The notes beneath the pieces are model-generated. The model searched no databases. It was not told the origin of the DNA and saw only the letters and a program-made list of their open reading frames with translations. Both the position numbers and the translations under genes were made by a program. Positions 19,575 to 28,977 of a DNA stretch of 64,000 nucleotides are shown here, piece by piece. Within the stretch, counting starts at the first letter, position 1. Each line of letters starts with the position of its first letter. Where the stretch lies: assembly GCA_036385955.1 (NCBI GenBank), contig DASVJK010000015.1, forward strand, positions 13,040-77,039. The letters run 5' to 3'. This DNA is from Chthoniobacterales bacterium (GTDB lineage: Bacteria; Verrucomicrobiota; Verrucomicrobiia; Chthoniobacterales; UBA10450).

Positions 19575-21019
19575 ACCCGAACAGTCCTGAAAACCCGACG
19601 ATCCGGACCATCCGCCGGCTCATCTGGCTGTACTTTTGGCTGCTCTTGATCGAGGGGGCCTTGCGCAAATGGGTCCTGCCTCAACTTTCGAATCCACTGC
19701 TGATCATCCGCGATCCGGTCGTCCTGCTCATTTACGTTCTCGCGATTCGGGCCCGGGTGTTTCCGCGCAATGCCTGGGTGTTCTCGCTCGCCATTATTGG
19801 ATTCTTGTCGCTGGCGGTGAGTTTCATCGCGCTTTGGCCTTATCTCCAGCCGAGCAAGATCGCCCTCGTAAGTATATTCGGTTGCCGCACAAACTTCCTT
19901 CATCTGCCGCTGATCTTTCTGATGCCGCGCGTGCTGCGTCCGGAAGATGTGAAGCGGATCGGATGGTGGGCGCTGCTTCTAGTTGTGCCGATGTCACTCC
20001 TCATGGTCGCGCAGTTTCAGGCGGCGCCCGACTCATTGCTTAATCGAACCGCCAGTGGGGAGGGCGAACAGATCACGGCTGGGTTGGGAAAAGTTCGAAC
20101 GGCCGGAACGTTCTCCTTTGTTGTGGGAGTGGTCGCTTACTTCGCCATGGCAACTGGCTTCCTGGTTTGGGCGGCCCTGAAGCGCGGCGTCTACAGGAAC
20201 TGGGTGCTGTTCGCCTCGGGTATCGCTCTCCTCATTGGGGTCTCTGTTTCAGGCAGTCGGTCGGTGGTAGGGGCATGTGCCGTGGTGGTTTCGTCCCTCC
20301 TGCTCGTTCTCCTTCTGCGCCCCAGCGCGGTCACTCGTTTCGGGCAAGCATTACTCGTGACAGTCGTCCTCGGGTTCATTGTAACGAAGACGCCCGTGTT
20401 CAAGGAGGGTCTTAACGTCTTGACGACGCGGTTTAGCGACGTGGCCGAATCGGAAGAGCAATCAATCGCGGTCGGTCTGATCTCGCGGGTTTTTGAAGGT
20501 TTCTCGGAAGGTGTCCGCGTGTTTCCCAATGCGCCGTTTTTTGGTTACGGCCTGGGCATCGGCACCAACGCAGGCGCAAAGATCGTCACCAGCCAAAACA
20601 GCCAAAACACATTCCTTCTTTCGGAAGGCGAGTGGGCTCGCATCCTTCTCGAGAGCGGACCAGTCCTTGGCCTCGCATTTGTGCTCTGGCGCTGCGGTGT
20701 GGTGGTCCGCATCGGGTTGCTTTGTCTGCAATCAGTGCGGCGGGGCAATATCCTCCCGCTCTTGCTTTTTAGTTCGAGTGGCTTGCCGCTGATGAACGGG
20801 CAATTAGGTCCACCTACTATTCTGGGCTTCGCTGTTTTTACCACAGGTCTCGCTTTGGCGGCGCGAGATGCTGACGACGAGAGCGAGATTGCGGCCCCTG
20901 CCCACGTAAGAAGCGAAGGAACGAGCGAGCGAGTCGTGGGACGCCGCTCGGCCTATGCCGATCGTATGCATGGTCCCGCTGCTCCACGTGATCAAAGCAA
21001 TGGTTCTGTTGATCGGTAA
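19571..21019 (+). CDS. O-antigen polymerase/ligase-family (Wzy_C-like) polytopic membrane protein
   Basis: ATGA overlap with the upstream gene. It has about 10-12 hydrophobic segments. A Wzy_C-like core (VSGSRS...) and a periplasmic loop (FFGYGLGIGTN...SEGEWARILLESGPVLGLAFVLW) are present. Confidence 0.7.
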   Translation: MNPNSPENPTIRTIRRLIWLYFWLLLIEGALRKWVLPQLSNPLLIIRDPVVLLIYVLAIRARVFPRNAWVFSLAIIGFLSLAVSFIALWPYLQPSKIALVSIFGCRTNFLHLPLIFLMPRVLRPEDVKRIGWWALLLVVPMSLLMVAQFQAAPDSLLNRTASGEGEQITAGLGKVRTAGTFSFVVGVVAYFAMATGFLVWAALKRGVYRNWVLFASGIALLIGVSVSGSRSVVGACAVVVSSLLLVLLLRPSAVTRFGQALLVTVVLGFIVTKTPVFKEGLNVLTTRFSDVAESEEQSIAVGLISRVFEGFSEGVRVFPNAPFFGYGLGIGTNAGAKIVTSQNSQNTFLLSEGEWARILLESGPVLGLAFVLWRCGVVVRIGLLCLQSVRRGNILPLLLFSSSGLPLMNGQLGPPTILGFAVFTTGLALAARDADDESEIAAPAHVRSEGTSERVVGRRSAYADRMHGPAAPRDQSNGSVDR

Positions 21020-22127
21020 CTACCCGCCCGATCGCCAGCAAAGCATGCATCGCTTCGCCATGATGATGCTGGATGGCCTGACCGCTGCGGGCGTCCCAGC
21101 GGAACTGATCCAGCCGCAGCCGTTTTTCGGGCGCTTTCGATATGCGGGCCAATACGTCGCGAAGTGGCTGGCTTACATCGACAAATTCGTCCTTTTCCCA
21201 CTGCAGTTGCGGCGTCGACTAAAGGCTGCGCCTGCGCTGGTTCATATTTGCGATCATTCAAATGCGATGTACGCAAAGCAGATTCGCGGAGTGACAGTCG
21301 TCGCGTCATGCCACGACCTGCTCGCGGTTCGCGGTGCGCTTGGCGAGCAAACCGATTGTCCGGCGAGTCTCACGGGGAAATTGCTTCAGCGTTGGATCGT
21401 TGCCGGGCTACGCGCGGCGACGGTAGTCGCCTGCGTCTCAAAGGCGACGCTTGAGGACGCGCGCCGGCTCGTCGTGCGCAGGGATGGAAAGCCAAAGCTG
21501 GAACTGATCCCGCTGGGCCTGAGCTACCCATATCGAAGGCTATCGGCGGACGAAGCTCATGCACGCCTTGCGCGATTTTCGCTTCTCGGGTCAGACACAC
21601 CGTTCGTGCTGCACGTCGGTTCGAACTTGCGGCGGAAGAATCGCGAAGGTGTCCTGCGCATTTTTGCGCGGTGCAAAGAGCAATGGAATGGGCTTCTGGT
21701 TTTTGCCGGAGAACCGCTCTCAGACACGCTTCGTTCGTTAGGCCGGCACCTGGGCGTCCTGGATCGGGTCGTTGAGGTCCCCAATGCGACGAGCGAATTG
21801 CTCGAAGCGCTTTATAATTGCGCGACCGCTTTCCTGTTTCCGTCGCGCTTCGAGGGCTTCGGCTGGCCGATTATCGAAGCGCAGGCCTGCGCCTGCCCGG
21901 TGATCTGCAGCGATTGCGCCCCCCTCCCGGAAGTAGCAGGCGATGCTGGATTGATTCACCCGGTGGAAAATGAGGAGGCGTTTGCAGCCGAGGTAATTCG
22001 CCTGACCGATCCTGAGGAACGCGCGTGCTGGAGTGCGAAGAGTCTACATAACGCCCAACGCTTTTCGACCGAAGGAATGATCGCGGAGTACATCTCCGCT
22101 TACCACAGAAGCGGAGCAAGAATCTGA
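21000..22127 (+). CDS. GT4-family glycosyltransferase
   Basis: The start was chosen at the ATG at 21000 (MVLLIGNYPPD...). The EX7E region is FEGFGWPIIEAQACACPVICSD. Confidence 0.8.
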   Translation: MVLLIGNYPPDRQQSMHRFAMMMLDGLTAAGVPAELIQPQPFFGRFRYAGQYVAKWLAYIDKFVLFPLQLRRRLKAAPALVHICDHSNAMYAKQIRGVTVVASCHDLLAVRGALGEQTDCPASLTGKLLQRWIVAGLRAATVVACVSKATLEDARRLVVRRDGKPKLELIPLGLSYPYRRLSADEAHARLARFSLLGSDTPFVLHVGSNLRRKNREGVLRIFARCKEQWNGLLVFAGEPLSDTLRSLGRHLGVLDRVVEVPNATSELLEALYNCATAFLFPSRFEGFGWPIIEAQACACPVICSDCAPLPEVAGDAGLIHPVENEEAFAAEVIRLTDPEERACWSAKSLHNAQRFSTEGMIAEYISAYHRSGARI

Positions 22128-22153
22128 ACACGGCGAAACCTCCTCTCAGCCGC

Positions 22154-22954
22154 ATGGTCAGTTGGCTAACGAATCCTGCGGCCTTGCTGCGCCGCGTGCG
22201 TTTTTCCCTGACCTTGAATCGCTGGAGGCTCGAGCTCTTGCATCGGCTAAAAGGGGGAACCCTCTGGACTCGACGCGGCGGCTATTGGCTGCCGTTCCAC
22301 GCCGATGGCGATCTTCAGGAAATCCAGTATCAGCTCGACGGCGAGTTGTGGTTCAAGTACGAAACGGAGCGTCTGCGCGAGTATTTGCCGAAAGGTGGAG
22401 TTGTCATCGATGTTGGCGCGAACCTTGGCTTCACGGTCTTGTTGTTCTCGAAGCACGTCGGACCAGGCGGGCAGATCTACGCTTTCGAACCGTCTCCGCC
22501 GGTTTACACGAAGCTTCTGCAGGTGGTAGAAAAGAACCAACTGGACAACGTGCAATGCTTCAATCTCGGTTGTGGCAGGGCGCGGGGACGGGAAACGCTC
22601 CTTGTGCCAGCCTCGTCTGGAAACGCCACCATCAGGCGGAGCGGCGTGCACCTTGCAGAGGCATGCCGCGAGATAAGCATTGAGATCGATACGCTCGACA
22701 ACGTGATTCTTCCGCTCGCGCCCAAAGTCGACTTCCTGAAGATCGATACAGAAGGCTTCGAAGATCAGGTGCTTGCGGGAGCGGATGAGGTTGTCGCACG
22801 ATATCGCCCGGTCGTTTACATCGAGCTCTCGCTAGAATATGGCGACTCATCAGCTCGTGCCATCGCGTGGTTGAGAGCGCGCGGATACACTTTCGAGCGC
22901 GATCCCGACCTGGCTTCCGCGCATAACGGGGACAACTTTCTCGCCATCCCGTGA
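22154..22954 (+). CDS. FkbM-family SAM-dependent methyltransferase
   Basis: Motifs VIDVGANLGFTVLLFSK, IYAFEPSP and VDFLKIDTEGFEDQVL are typical of FkbM-type methyltransferases. Confidence 0.8.
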   Translation: MVSWLTNPAALLRRVRFSLTLNRWRLELLHRLKGGTLWTRRGGYWLPFHADGDLQEIQYQLDGELWFKYETERLREYLPKGGVVIDVGANLGFTVLLFSKHVGPGGQIYAFEPSPPVYTKLLQVVEKNQLDNVQCFNLGCGRARGRETLLVPASSGNATIRRSGVHLAEACREISIEIDTLDNVILPLAPKVDFLKIDTEGFEDQVLAGADEVVARYRPVVYIELSLEYGDSSARAIAWLRARGYTFERDPDLASAHNGDNFLAIP

Positions 22955-23003
22955 GGCGTCCCACAAGATCTTCATTCGAGAATGTAGCCTCGCCCGCGCA
23001 ACC

Positions 23004-23669
23004 ATGAAGAAGGTTTTTATGCTGCTCAGTCTGCTCCTGCCGTGGAGCATTCGGCGTCGCTATCTCGAAAGGCAATTCGGCTATTCGCTGCATCCGACGA
23101 GTCACATCGGCTTCTGTTGGATTTTTCCACGGCGATTGATCATGGAGGAGAACTCTCGCATCGGGCACCTTACCGTTTGCAAGAACATCAACCTGTTGCA
23201 TCTCGGGGCCCACGCAATCATCGGACACCTGAATTGGATCACCGGCTTCCCCACGGGCACGAGCCGGCATTTCGCACATCAAACGGACCGGCGCCCGGAG
23301 CTTATCGTTGAGACCCATGCCGGGATTAGCAGCCGGCATTTGTTCGACTGCACCGCGCGTGTGCGCATCGGCGCGTTCGCCACCGTCGGCGGATTTCGAT
23401 CTCAGCTTATCACGCACAGCATCGATCTCGAAGCCGGCCGGCAATCAGCGGAGCCAATCGACATTGGAGAATACTGCTTTGTCGGGACGAATTGTGTGAT
23501 GCTGGGTGGGAGCAGTCTGCCGCATCATTCAGTGCTCGGGGCCCAATCGCTTCTCAACAAGAAATGGGATGAACCTCATCGCCTTTACGGAGGCGTTCCG
23601 GCGAAACCATTGAAGGAACTGTCGCAAGACATGGAATATTTCCGCCGCACCAAGGGATTCGTCTGGTAA
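23004..23669 (+). CDS. hexapeptide-repeat (LbH) acyl/acetyltransferase
   Basis: Left-handed beta-helix repeats are visible (IGHLTVCKNINLLHLGAHAIIG..., IGEYCFVGTNCVMLGGSSLPHHSVLGAQSLL). Confidence 0.7.
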   Translation: MKKVFMLLSLLLPWSIRRRYLERQFGYSLHPTSHIGFCWIFPRRLIMEENSRIGHLTVCKNINLLHLGAHAIIGHLNWITGFPTGTSRHFAHQTDRRPELIVETHAGISSRHLFDCTARVRIGAFATVGGFRSQLITHSIDLEAGRQSAEPIDIGEYCFVGTNCVMLGGSSLPHHSVLGAQSLLNKKWDEPHRLYGGVPAKPLKELSQDMEYFRRTKGFVW

Positions 23670-23702
23670 CCGGCACGTCAACCGCGCTCGGGATAAAACA
23701 AC

Positions 23703-25523
23703 ATGTGCGGGATTGCAGTTCACTTGAGTCTAAACGGCCCCGCGAAGCCGCTGGATCTTCAGTTGATCAGACATCGTGGCCCCGACTCTTCAGGAGAATG
23801 GACCTCCCCGGATGGCCGATGCTGGTTGGGCAACACGCGGTTGGCGATCGTCGATCTTTCCCCCTCCGGCGCGCAACCGATGACAGACCCGGCCACCGGC
23901 AACGTAATTGTGGTGAACGGCGAAATCTATAATCACCGGGCGTTGCGCGCGCAGCTGGGTCCGAATGTGGATTGGAAGGGCACGAGCGACACGGAGACAC
24001 TCTTGCAAGGCTATGCGCGCTGGGGCCACGACGTGCTCGGCCACCTCAAGGGAATGTTTGCCTTCGCGATCTACGACGCCACACGGGAGGAATTATTTTT
24101 CGCGCGCGACCGTCTCGGAATTAAGCCGCTCTACTACACGATGGATGAGAATGGCCTCCGCGCGGCTTCGGAAGTGAGAGTGCTCGTCGTTGCCGGATCG
24201 AGCGGAATCACCGGGCGATCCATTTCAGGCTATCTGCAATGGGGCGCCTGCCCCGAACGAAATCTTCTTTACTCGGACCTCCGCGCCTTGACGGCCGGCC
24301 ATGCCATGACGATCGCGCGTCAGGGACAGATCAAGACGTGGAGATATTGGCCGTCGCGTAAAGTCTTTGTTTCTTCGACGGATAACGTTCTCCGCCAAGT
24401 GCGCGATCTGATCGACAAGGCCGTGGATGAACATCTTCTCTCCGACGTCCCAGTCGCCAGTTTTCTCAGCGGCGGGATTGACTCGTCCATCGTGACCGCG
24501 GTGGCCGCGCAAAAACTGGAGAAAAAGCTGCAGACATTCTCCGTCGGTTTCGACATTGCCGAATTCGACGAAACCGCGATCGCGCAAGAGATCGCAGAGC
24601 GTTACCGGACCGAACATCATCGAATCCAACTTTCGGAAGAGGAAGTGATTCACTCGGTCACGGAAGCGGTCGAGAAGCTCGATCTGCCATCGGTCGACGC
24701 GATCAACACCTACATCGTCTCACGCGCGGTGGCAGGGCACGGAGTGAAAGTGGCATTGTCGGGTCTCGGCGGCGACGAATTGTTCGGCGGTTATCCAAGT
24801 TTCCGCGATGTTCCTCGACTCAAGCTAATCGCCGGATTACCGCGCCCCCTTCGGAGGATTCTCGGGAGCGTCGCCAGACTCGGCGACCGGTTAGCAGATC
24901 TTCCCGACAATCCCGGCGCAGGCGAATTGGCCAGGTGGCGCCGGCGGTTTTTCACCGATGACATAATCCGCCGCGCGGGACTTCCAAGTGCGCCGGCCCC
25001 CTTCGAATGCCCCGTCGAGTTGCCGGACGATTACGCGCGCGTGAGTTGGGCGGAACTGACCGGCTATATGCGTCGAATGCTGCTGCGCGATGCAGACCAA
25101 ATGAGCATGGCCGTTTCCCTCGAACCGCGCGTCCCGTTCCTCGATCACGAACTCGTCGAGTATGTCCTCGGACTTCCGGAGGCGGCGAAGAAACGATATC
25201 CGGGACCGAAGGGATTGCTTGTGGAGGCGTGCCGCGATCTTCTTCCTCCTTCTGTGTACCGCCGCCCGAAGGCAGGCTTCGTCTTGCCCATGAAAGTTTG
25301 GATGCTTGGGCCGCTCGCTTCTTTCGTAGAGGAGGGACTGCGCGAAACGGTTTCACGCCGGCTGCTCCCTCAAGCGTTGGTTAACGAAATCAGCGGTGCG
25401 TTTCAGCGCGGTCGCCTGCACTGGACGCGTGTGTGGAGCATCGTTGTCCTGGGCCACTTCGCGAAGCGATCGCAACTGTTTCGCTCTCCGGATGAAGATA
25501 CTCCGATCCATTCACTCAGTTAA
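23703..25523 (+). CDS. asparagine synthase (glutamine-hydrolysing)-family amidotransferase, EPS-locus paralogue
   Basis: The N-terminal MCGI provides the Ntn catalytic Cys2. The GATase-II region is followed by a PP-loop, FLSGGIDSSIVTA. Confidence 0.88.
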   Translation: MCGIAVHLSLNGPAKPLDLQLIRHRGPDSSGEWTSPDGRCWLGNTRLAIVDLSPSGAQPMTDPATGNVIVVNGEIYNHRALRAQLGPNVDWKGTSDTETLLQGYARWGHDVLGHLKGMFAFAIYDATREELFFARDRLGIKPLYYTMDENGLRAASEVRVLVVAGSSGITGRSISGYLQWGACPERNLLYSDLRALTAGHAMTIARQGQIKTWRYWPSRKVFVSSTDNVLRQVRDLIDKAVDEHLLSDVPVASFLSGGIDSSIVTAVAAQKLEKKLQTFSVGFDIAEFDETAIAQEIAERYRTEHHRIQLSEEEVIHSVTEAVEKLDLPSVDAINTYIVSRAVAGHGVKVALSGLGGDELFGGYPSFRDVPRLKLIAGLPRPLRRILGSVARLGDRLADLPDNPGAGELARWRRRFFTDDIIRRAGLPSAPAPFECPVELPDDYARVSWAELTGYMRRMLLRDADQMSMAVSLEPRVPFLDHELVEYVLGLPEAAKKRYPGPKGLLVEACRDLLPPSVYRRPKAGFVLPMKVWMLGPLASFVEEGLRETVSRRLLPQALVNEISGAFQRGRLHWTRVWSIVVLGHFAKRSQLFRSPDEDTPIHSLS

Positions 25524-26679
25524 TCCGGCCCTCGGTGGCCCGATTGAGTCAGTCAAGCAGTCATCCGCTGTTCTCGCGCGCCGGGGCCATGACGTGGAGA
25601 TCATTTCGCTGGATGCGCCGACGGACTCGTGGGTGCGAGACTGCCCGATGCCAGTGCATGCGCTTGGTCCAGGCCGCGGCAGCTACGGATATGCCCCGCG
25701 TTTTTCCCGCTGGATCCGGGAACGGCACGCACACTACGACGCGGTCATTGTCCAGGGCCTCTGGCAATACAGCAGTTTCGGCGTCTGGCGCGCCTTGCGC
25801 GGAACTCCAACGCCTTACTTCGTCTTTCCGCACGGTATGCTCGATCCGTGGTTTAAGCGGACCTATCCGCTGAAACACCTGAAGAAACTGCTCTACTGGC
25901 CCTGGGCTGAATATCGCGTGCTGCGTGATGCCGCGGCTGTCCTTTTCACCTCAGACGAAGAACGGCGTTTGGCTCGCGAATCCTTTCCGCTCTATCGGTG
26001 CAACGAGGTGGTTGTGAATTACGGGACCGCCGCGCCTGAAATCGATCTTGTGAGCGCGCGCGAGGATTTCTTCAGCAACTTCCCTCCACTCCGCGGCAAG
26101 CGGTTCCTGCTTTTCCTGGGCCGTCTGCACGAAAAGAAAGGCTGCGAACTGTTGATCGACGCGTTTGTGGCTACACGCAATTCCATGCACGCCGATCAAT
26201 CGCTGCATCTTGTCATCGCCGGCCCGTGCGCCGATGAAGGATACCAGCACCAGTTGGAACGCAGGGCTCAGAGTGCGTCCGCGATCACATTCACCGGAAT
26301 GCTGGCGGCCGGCCGAAAATGGGGCGCGCTCAGCGCCGCCGATGCCTTCATTCTGCCTTCGCACCAGGAGAATTTCGGAATCGCTGTGGTCGAGGCGCTC
26401 GCCTGCGGGACTCCCGTCCTCATTTCGAACAAGGTAAACATCTGGCGCGAAATCGCCGCGGACGAAGCGGGATATGTGGAGAATGATGATCTCGCGGGGA
26501 CCGCGCGCCTGATCGAACGCTGGGTGGACACCGCGCTGGATGTTCGCGTCGCGATGAAAAAGAATGCGACCGAATGCTTCGCTCGACGCTTTGAGATCAG
26601 CCGCGCGACGGATTCCCTGCTCGAGGTCCTCGGAGAGCGCCACGGTGCAGCAAATGAAATCGCCGCTCCTAATCTGTGA
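25492..26679 (+). CDS. GT4-family glycosyltransferase
   Basis: The start was chosen at the ATG at 25492 (MKILRSIHSVNPALGGPIESV). The EX7E region is ENFGIAVVEALACGTPVLISNK. Confidence 0.8.
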   Translation: MKILRSIHSVNPALGGPIESVKQSSAVLARRGHDVEIISLDAPTDSWVRDCPMPVHALGPGRGSYGYAPRFSRWIRERHAHYDAVIVQGLWQYSSFGVWRALRGTPTPYFVFPHGMLDPWFKRTYPLKHLKKLLYWPWAEYRVLRDAAAVLFTSDEERRLARESFPLYRCNEVVVNYGTAAPEIDLVSAREDFFSNFPPLRGKRFLLFLGRLHEKKGCELLIDAFVATRNSMHADQSLHLVIAGPCADEGYQHQLERRAQSASAITFTGMLAAGRKWGALSAADAFILPSHQENFGIAVVEALACGTPVLISNKVNIWREIAADEAGYVENDDLAGTARLIERWVDTALDVRVAMKKNATECFARRFEISRATDSLLEVLGERHGAANEIAAPNL

Positions 26680-26712
26680 GAATCTGTGTTCATCTGTGGC
26701 TTCTCATCTGTT
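26672..26712 (+). repeat. four direct copies of ATCTGT(G/T), three of them at exact 10-bp spacing
   Basis: ATCTGTG occurs at 26672, 26682 and 26692, and ATCTGTT at 26706. The array spans the GT4 stop codon (26677-26679) and ends 36 nt before the next start codon. Confidence 0.6.
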
Positions 26713-26747
26713 TTTAATCATAGCCCTTTAATCACTCGAGATTCGCC

Positions 26748-27305
26748 ATGGAGGAAAAAAAACTCGTAAAGCCCGGCCAATCCTCGGCCCAGGAATCGCC
26801 CTGGCCGGCCGAGGACCGGGTGCTTCGCTTGTTGTGGGAGTTCTCCTGGTTTGTTTTCTGCGAATGGACTCCCAAGCCGCTGAATCCGTGGCGCCTCTTC
26901 TGGCTTCGTTTGTTCGGCACGAAAATCCATGGCGCACCTTTTGTGCATCAGCGCGCGCGGATCGCGATTCCGTGGAACTTGACGCTGCACGATCGCGCCT
27001 GTCTCGGGGACCGTTCCAACGCTTACACGCTGGGCGAAATCGAAATCGGCGCGCGCGCGACGGTTGCTCAGGAAGTTTATCTGAGCACAGGCACGCACGA
27101 TTTTGCGCGACCGGAAATTCCGCTCGTCACAGCCAAGATAACCATCGGTGAAGACGCTTTTGTGGGTGCGCGCACGTTCGTCATGCCCGGAATCACGATC
27201 GGCGCGCGAAGCGTCATCGGCGCCTGCTCAGTCGTGACGAAGGACGTCCCGGCGGATACCGTCGCGGCAGGAAATCCCTGCCGGGTGCTTCACCCTCGCG
27301 CCTGA
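26748..27305 (+). CDS. WcaF-like hexapeptide-repeat O-acetyltransferase
   Basis: The N-terminal region (WRLFWLRLFGTKIHGAPFVHQRARI) and the LbH repeats (ITIGEDAFVGARTFVMPGITIGARSVIGACSVVTKDVP) resemble the colanic-acid WcaF type. Confidence 0.75.
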   Translation: MEEKKLVKPGQSSAQESPWPAEDRVLRLLWEFSWFVFCEWTPKPLNPWRLFWLRLFGTKIHGAPFVHQRARIAIPWNLTLHDRACLGDRSNAYTLGEIEIGARATVAQEVYLSTGTHDFARPEIPLVTAKITIGEDAFVGARTFVMPGITIGARSVIGACSVVTKDVPADTVAAGNPCRVLHPRA

Positions 27306-27348
27306 ACGAGATGAGCCCTACAGGGAAAAAGCTGATCGCGACGCGACT

Positions 27349-28977
27349 ATGAACAATGGATCCTCTGCGCCTGCCTTCGGATATAGACGCCTGGTTCTGC
27401 TTTCATGCGCGGTCGCGTTGGGTGCTTATCATATCTTCGCGTCCGCAGTAATGTACCCGGTTCCCGCAGGTGATGCGGCCGTCTTCATGCCTGCTGCGAT
27501 CAATCTGAAAGCTGGACGTGGGTTGACCAATTCCTTGTGGGAGGTGCACCCTGATCCCACGGGTCAGCATCGCTACTTGGAACACCCGCTCCTGTTTCAG
27601 ATGGTGGTGTCGGCCTGCATGTGGAAGTCCGAGACAAGAAACGCTTTCATCGTTCTGGCCATCTTCAATGCGCTCACGCTCACGCTCTACGCAGCATTCT
27701 TATGCACAGCGAAATTCACTCGAAAGCTGATCGCCTCGGCCGCGGGCTTTGTCGTTTTGGTCTCTTCTATGTTCTCGCTCGCCTTTTTGATCTTCATCGA
27801 TGCGGGGGGGCGGCCGGAGGCTTTGAGCACGCTGATCCTTTCTTTGGCGATCGCCGTCGTAATCTGGTTGCCCCAGAAATGCTGGCCGGTTTGCTTGGGA
27901 ATTGCGATCGGCGTCGCAGCCGCCATTCATCCCACGCACGGCATATTCATCGCCTGCCTGGTGGTGATGGTATTCTTGCTCACCGCTACCGTGCCGCAGG
28001 CTATCCGCAGAATGATGCTCGCGGCAGCTATTGCGCTCCCGCTGTTTTGGATTCTTCTCAGTTTGAGCCCGTATCCGGTCGAGGAGACGCTCCACGCGGT
28101 TTCCAGGCATGCAGCTTTGGCCAATGCGCCTGACTATCGGTTGTCCCTGGCTGCCTTTTACCTCAAGCTCGCACCTTGGTCGGGCCTCTACCTGCTAGGC
28201 CTTTCGCTGGTTCTCGTTTGGTGTGGCATCTGTTTCTGGCGCAGTGCAGAAGATCGAATGACGCGTTCGGCGCGGCTTGCCGCTCTGCTCCTGACCGCAT
28301 CCGCCTTCTGGTTTTTTTCGATTCGGAGGCCGAACGCGAGCTACTATCTCATGATGCTCGCGCCTGCCCTCGCCGCAGGCGCACTTTATCTTTTTGACCT
28401 TCGCAGCGGGACCCATGATCGGCGATTAGCGGCTCTTCCGCTTTGGATATTGGCGGCGTTTTTCAGCATCTTCAGCCTTTGCCTGGCTCGAGATATTGCG
28501 CTCTTTATTGATTATAGGACTGACGGCGTTTCCTTCGCCGATGCGCAGAAGGACTTCGACCATTTGGTGCGCTCGACCGATCAGGTAATTTCCGTATCGG
28601 AATCTCTCTGGGTCCTGGCCGGTGAGTTCGAGCGGATTCGCATCGTCGAACGCGGCACCGCTTCAGGTGATTTAATGGTCCTGCAACAAACCCAGCGAGG
28701 ATCGTTATCTCCGCCAGTAATTCCTGGGTATCGCTTGCTCTCCCAGCGTTTCATCTCTCACCCACCAAAATGGTTTGGATGGCCGATCGCGCGTACGATG
28801 CCGGGCTATTCGTTCGCGGTTTTCGCACGAGAAGTCTCCCTGGGAGAAAATCGCCCACGAACTTTTGGGGAATTCTTGCATACTGATTCGATCGTAATTT
28901 CCGGCATTACGAAGATGCGCCACCAGTTCCTGCCCGCCGTCGACCGGCTGCGCCTTTGCCAGAACCATGGGAGCTGA
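27349..28977 (+). CDS. polytopic membrane protein with a C-terminal soluble domain, GT-C (ArnT/PMT_2)-like candidate
   Basis: About 11 hydrophobic segments occupy the first ~400 aa. The first loop, PAGDAAVFMPAAINLKAGRGL, is reminiscent of the acidic first-loop motif of GT-C enzymes. A non-membrane tail of about 140 aa follows. Confidence 0.45.
   Translation: MNNGSSAPAFGYRRLVLLSCAVALGAYHIFASAVMYPVPAGDAAVFMPAAINLKAGRGLTNSLWEVHPDPTGQHRYLEHPLLFQMVVSACMWKSETRNAFIVLAIFNALTLTLYAAFLCTAKFTRKLIASAAGFVVLVSSMFSLAFLIFIDAGGRPEALSTLILSLAIAVVIWLPQKCWPVCLGIAIGVAAAIHPTHGIFIACLVVMVFLLTATVPQAIRRMMLAAAIALPLFWILLSLSPYPVEETLHAVSRHAALANAPDYRLSLAAFYLKLAPWSGLYLLGLSLVLVWCGICFWRSAEDRMTRSARLAALLLTASAFWFFSIRRPNASYYLMMLAPALAAGALYLFDLRSGTHDRRLAALPLWILAAFFSIFSLCLARDIALFIDYRTDGVSFADAQKDFDHLVRSTDQVISVSESLWVLAGEFERIRIVERGTASGDLMVLQQTQRGSLSPPVIPGYRLLSQRFISHPPKWFGWPIARTMPGYSFAVFAREVSLGENRPRTFGEFLHTDSIVISGITKMRHQFLPAVDRLRLCQNHGS

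Noticed and set aside
27349-28977. Considered calling this 542-aa membrane protein the missing Wzx flippase.
   Set aside because: Its architecture is about 11 TM segments, an acidic first loop and a 140-aa soluble C-terminal domain. This fits GT-C-type transferases better than 12-TM MOP flippases. It is left as a GT-C-like candidate.
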